Of a stretch of DNA of 27,954 nucleotides, positions 27,844 to 27,954 are shown one piece after another. The DNA is from Synechococcales cyanobacterium VAR_4_metabat_354 (lineage in GTDB: Bacteria; Cyanobacteriota; Cyanobacteriia; Cyanobacteriales; Chamaesiphonaceae). Both the position numbers and the translations under genes were made by a program. The notes beneath the pieces were generated by a model that worked only from the letters and a program-made list of their open reading frames with translations, was not told the origin of the DNA and searched no databases. The number at the start of each line of letters is the position of its first letter. Within the stretch, counting starts at the first letter, position 1. The stretch covers positions 1 to 27,954 of the forward strand of contig JANOQI010000058.1 of assembly GCA_031414775.1 (NCBI GenBank), read 5' to 3'.

Positions 27844-27954
27844 TGAAGATAGAAAAACTAATTAAGTGTTATGCCAGCTCCACTCAGAATCAGTCTCACT
27901 TCAGAGCAAGAAAGAACCCTGCAAGAATTACGAGTTGCCTCTAAATTACCGCAA
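27815..27954 (+). mobile_element. Left end of an IS630-family element, running off the window
   Basis: TA at 27815-27816 followed by AGTAG...CACAATAAAA terminus-like sequence and a transposase start at 27871; exact boundary inferred. Confidence 0.65.
27871..27954 (+). CDS. IS630-family transposase, N-terminal fragment (partial)
   Basis: MPAPLRISLTSEQERTLQELRVASKLPQ resembles cyanobacterial IS630 HTH N-termini. Confidence 0.7.
   Translation, partial: MPAPLRISLTSEQERTLQELRVASKLPQ

Overview
Cyanobacterial chromosomal DNA, judged from abundant CGATCG/HIP1-type palindromes and cyanobacteria-typical genes (hik2, ccb1, ycf33, gun4, ictB, narM). I cannot identify the genus. The window is mostly core genes: msrA, hik2, DUF3155, ccb1, crp, pgsA, rbfA, ycf33, iscA, an M48 peptidase, 1-Cys peroxiredoxin, gun4, ictB, tldD/tldE, narM, htpG, mazEF, nurA, a HAD hydrolase, TPR proteins, a cyclophilin, agmatinase and two tRNAs (Leu-CAA, Gln-UUG). 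Signals not shown by the ORF track: a Yfr2-family small RNA with promoter and terminator upstream of tRNA-Gln; a NagZ-like GH3 pseudogene with two nonsense codons plus a deletion of the catalytic core; tRNA-Leu overlapping the last codons of the M48 gene; a 112-bp MITE-like element; a HindVP-type restriction endonuclease cut by an IS630 element at the window edge; and TCGATCGA outnumbering canonical HIP1. Also notable are a GAF histidine pseudokinase and an exported Gly/Ser/His-rich repeat protein with an ECF-type promoter, divergent from tldDE. I see no clearly supported new multi-gene system. The repeat-protein/TldDE locus is the best, but speculative, candidate. All family calls come from motif recognition, not database searches.
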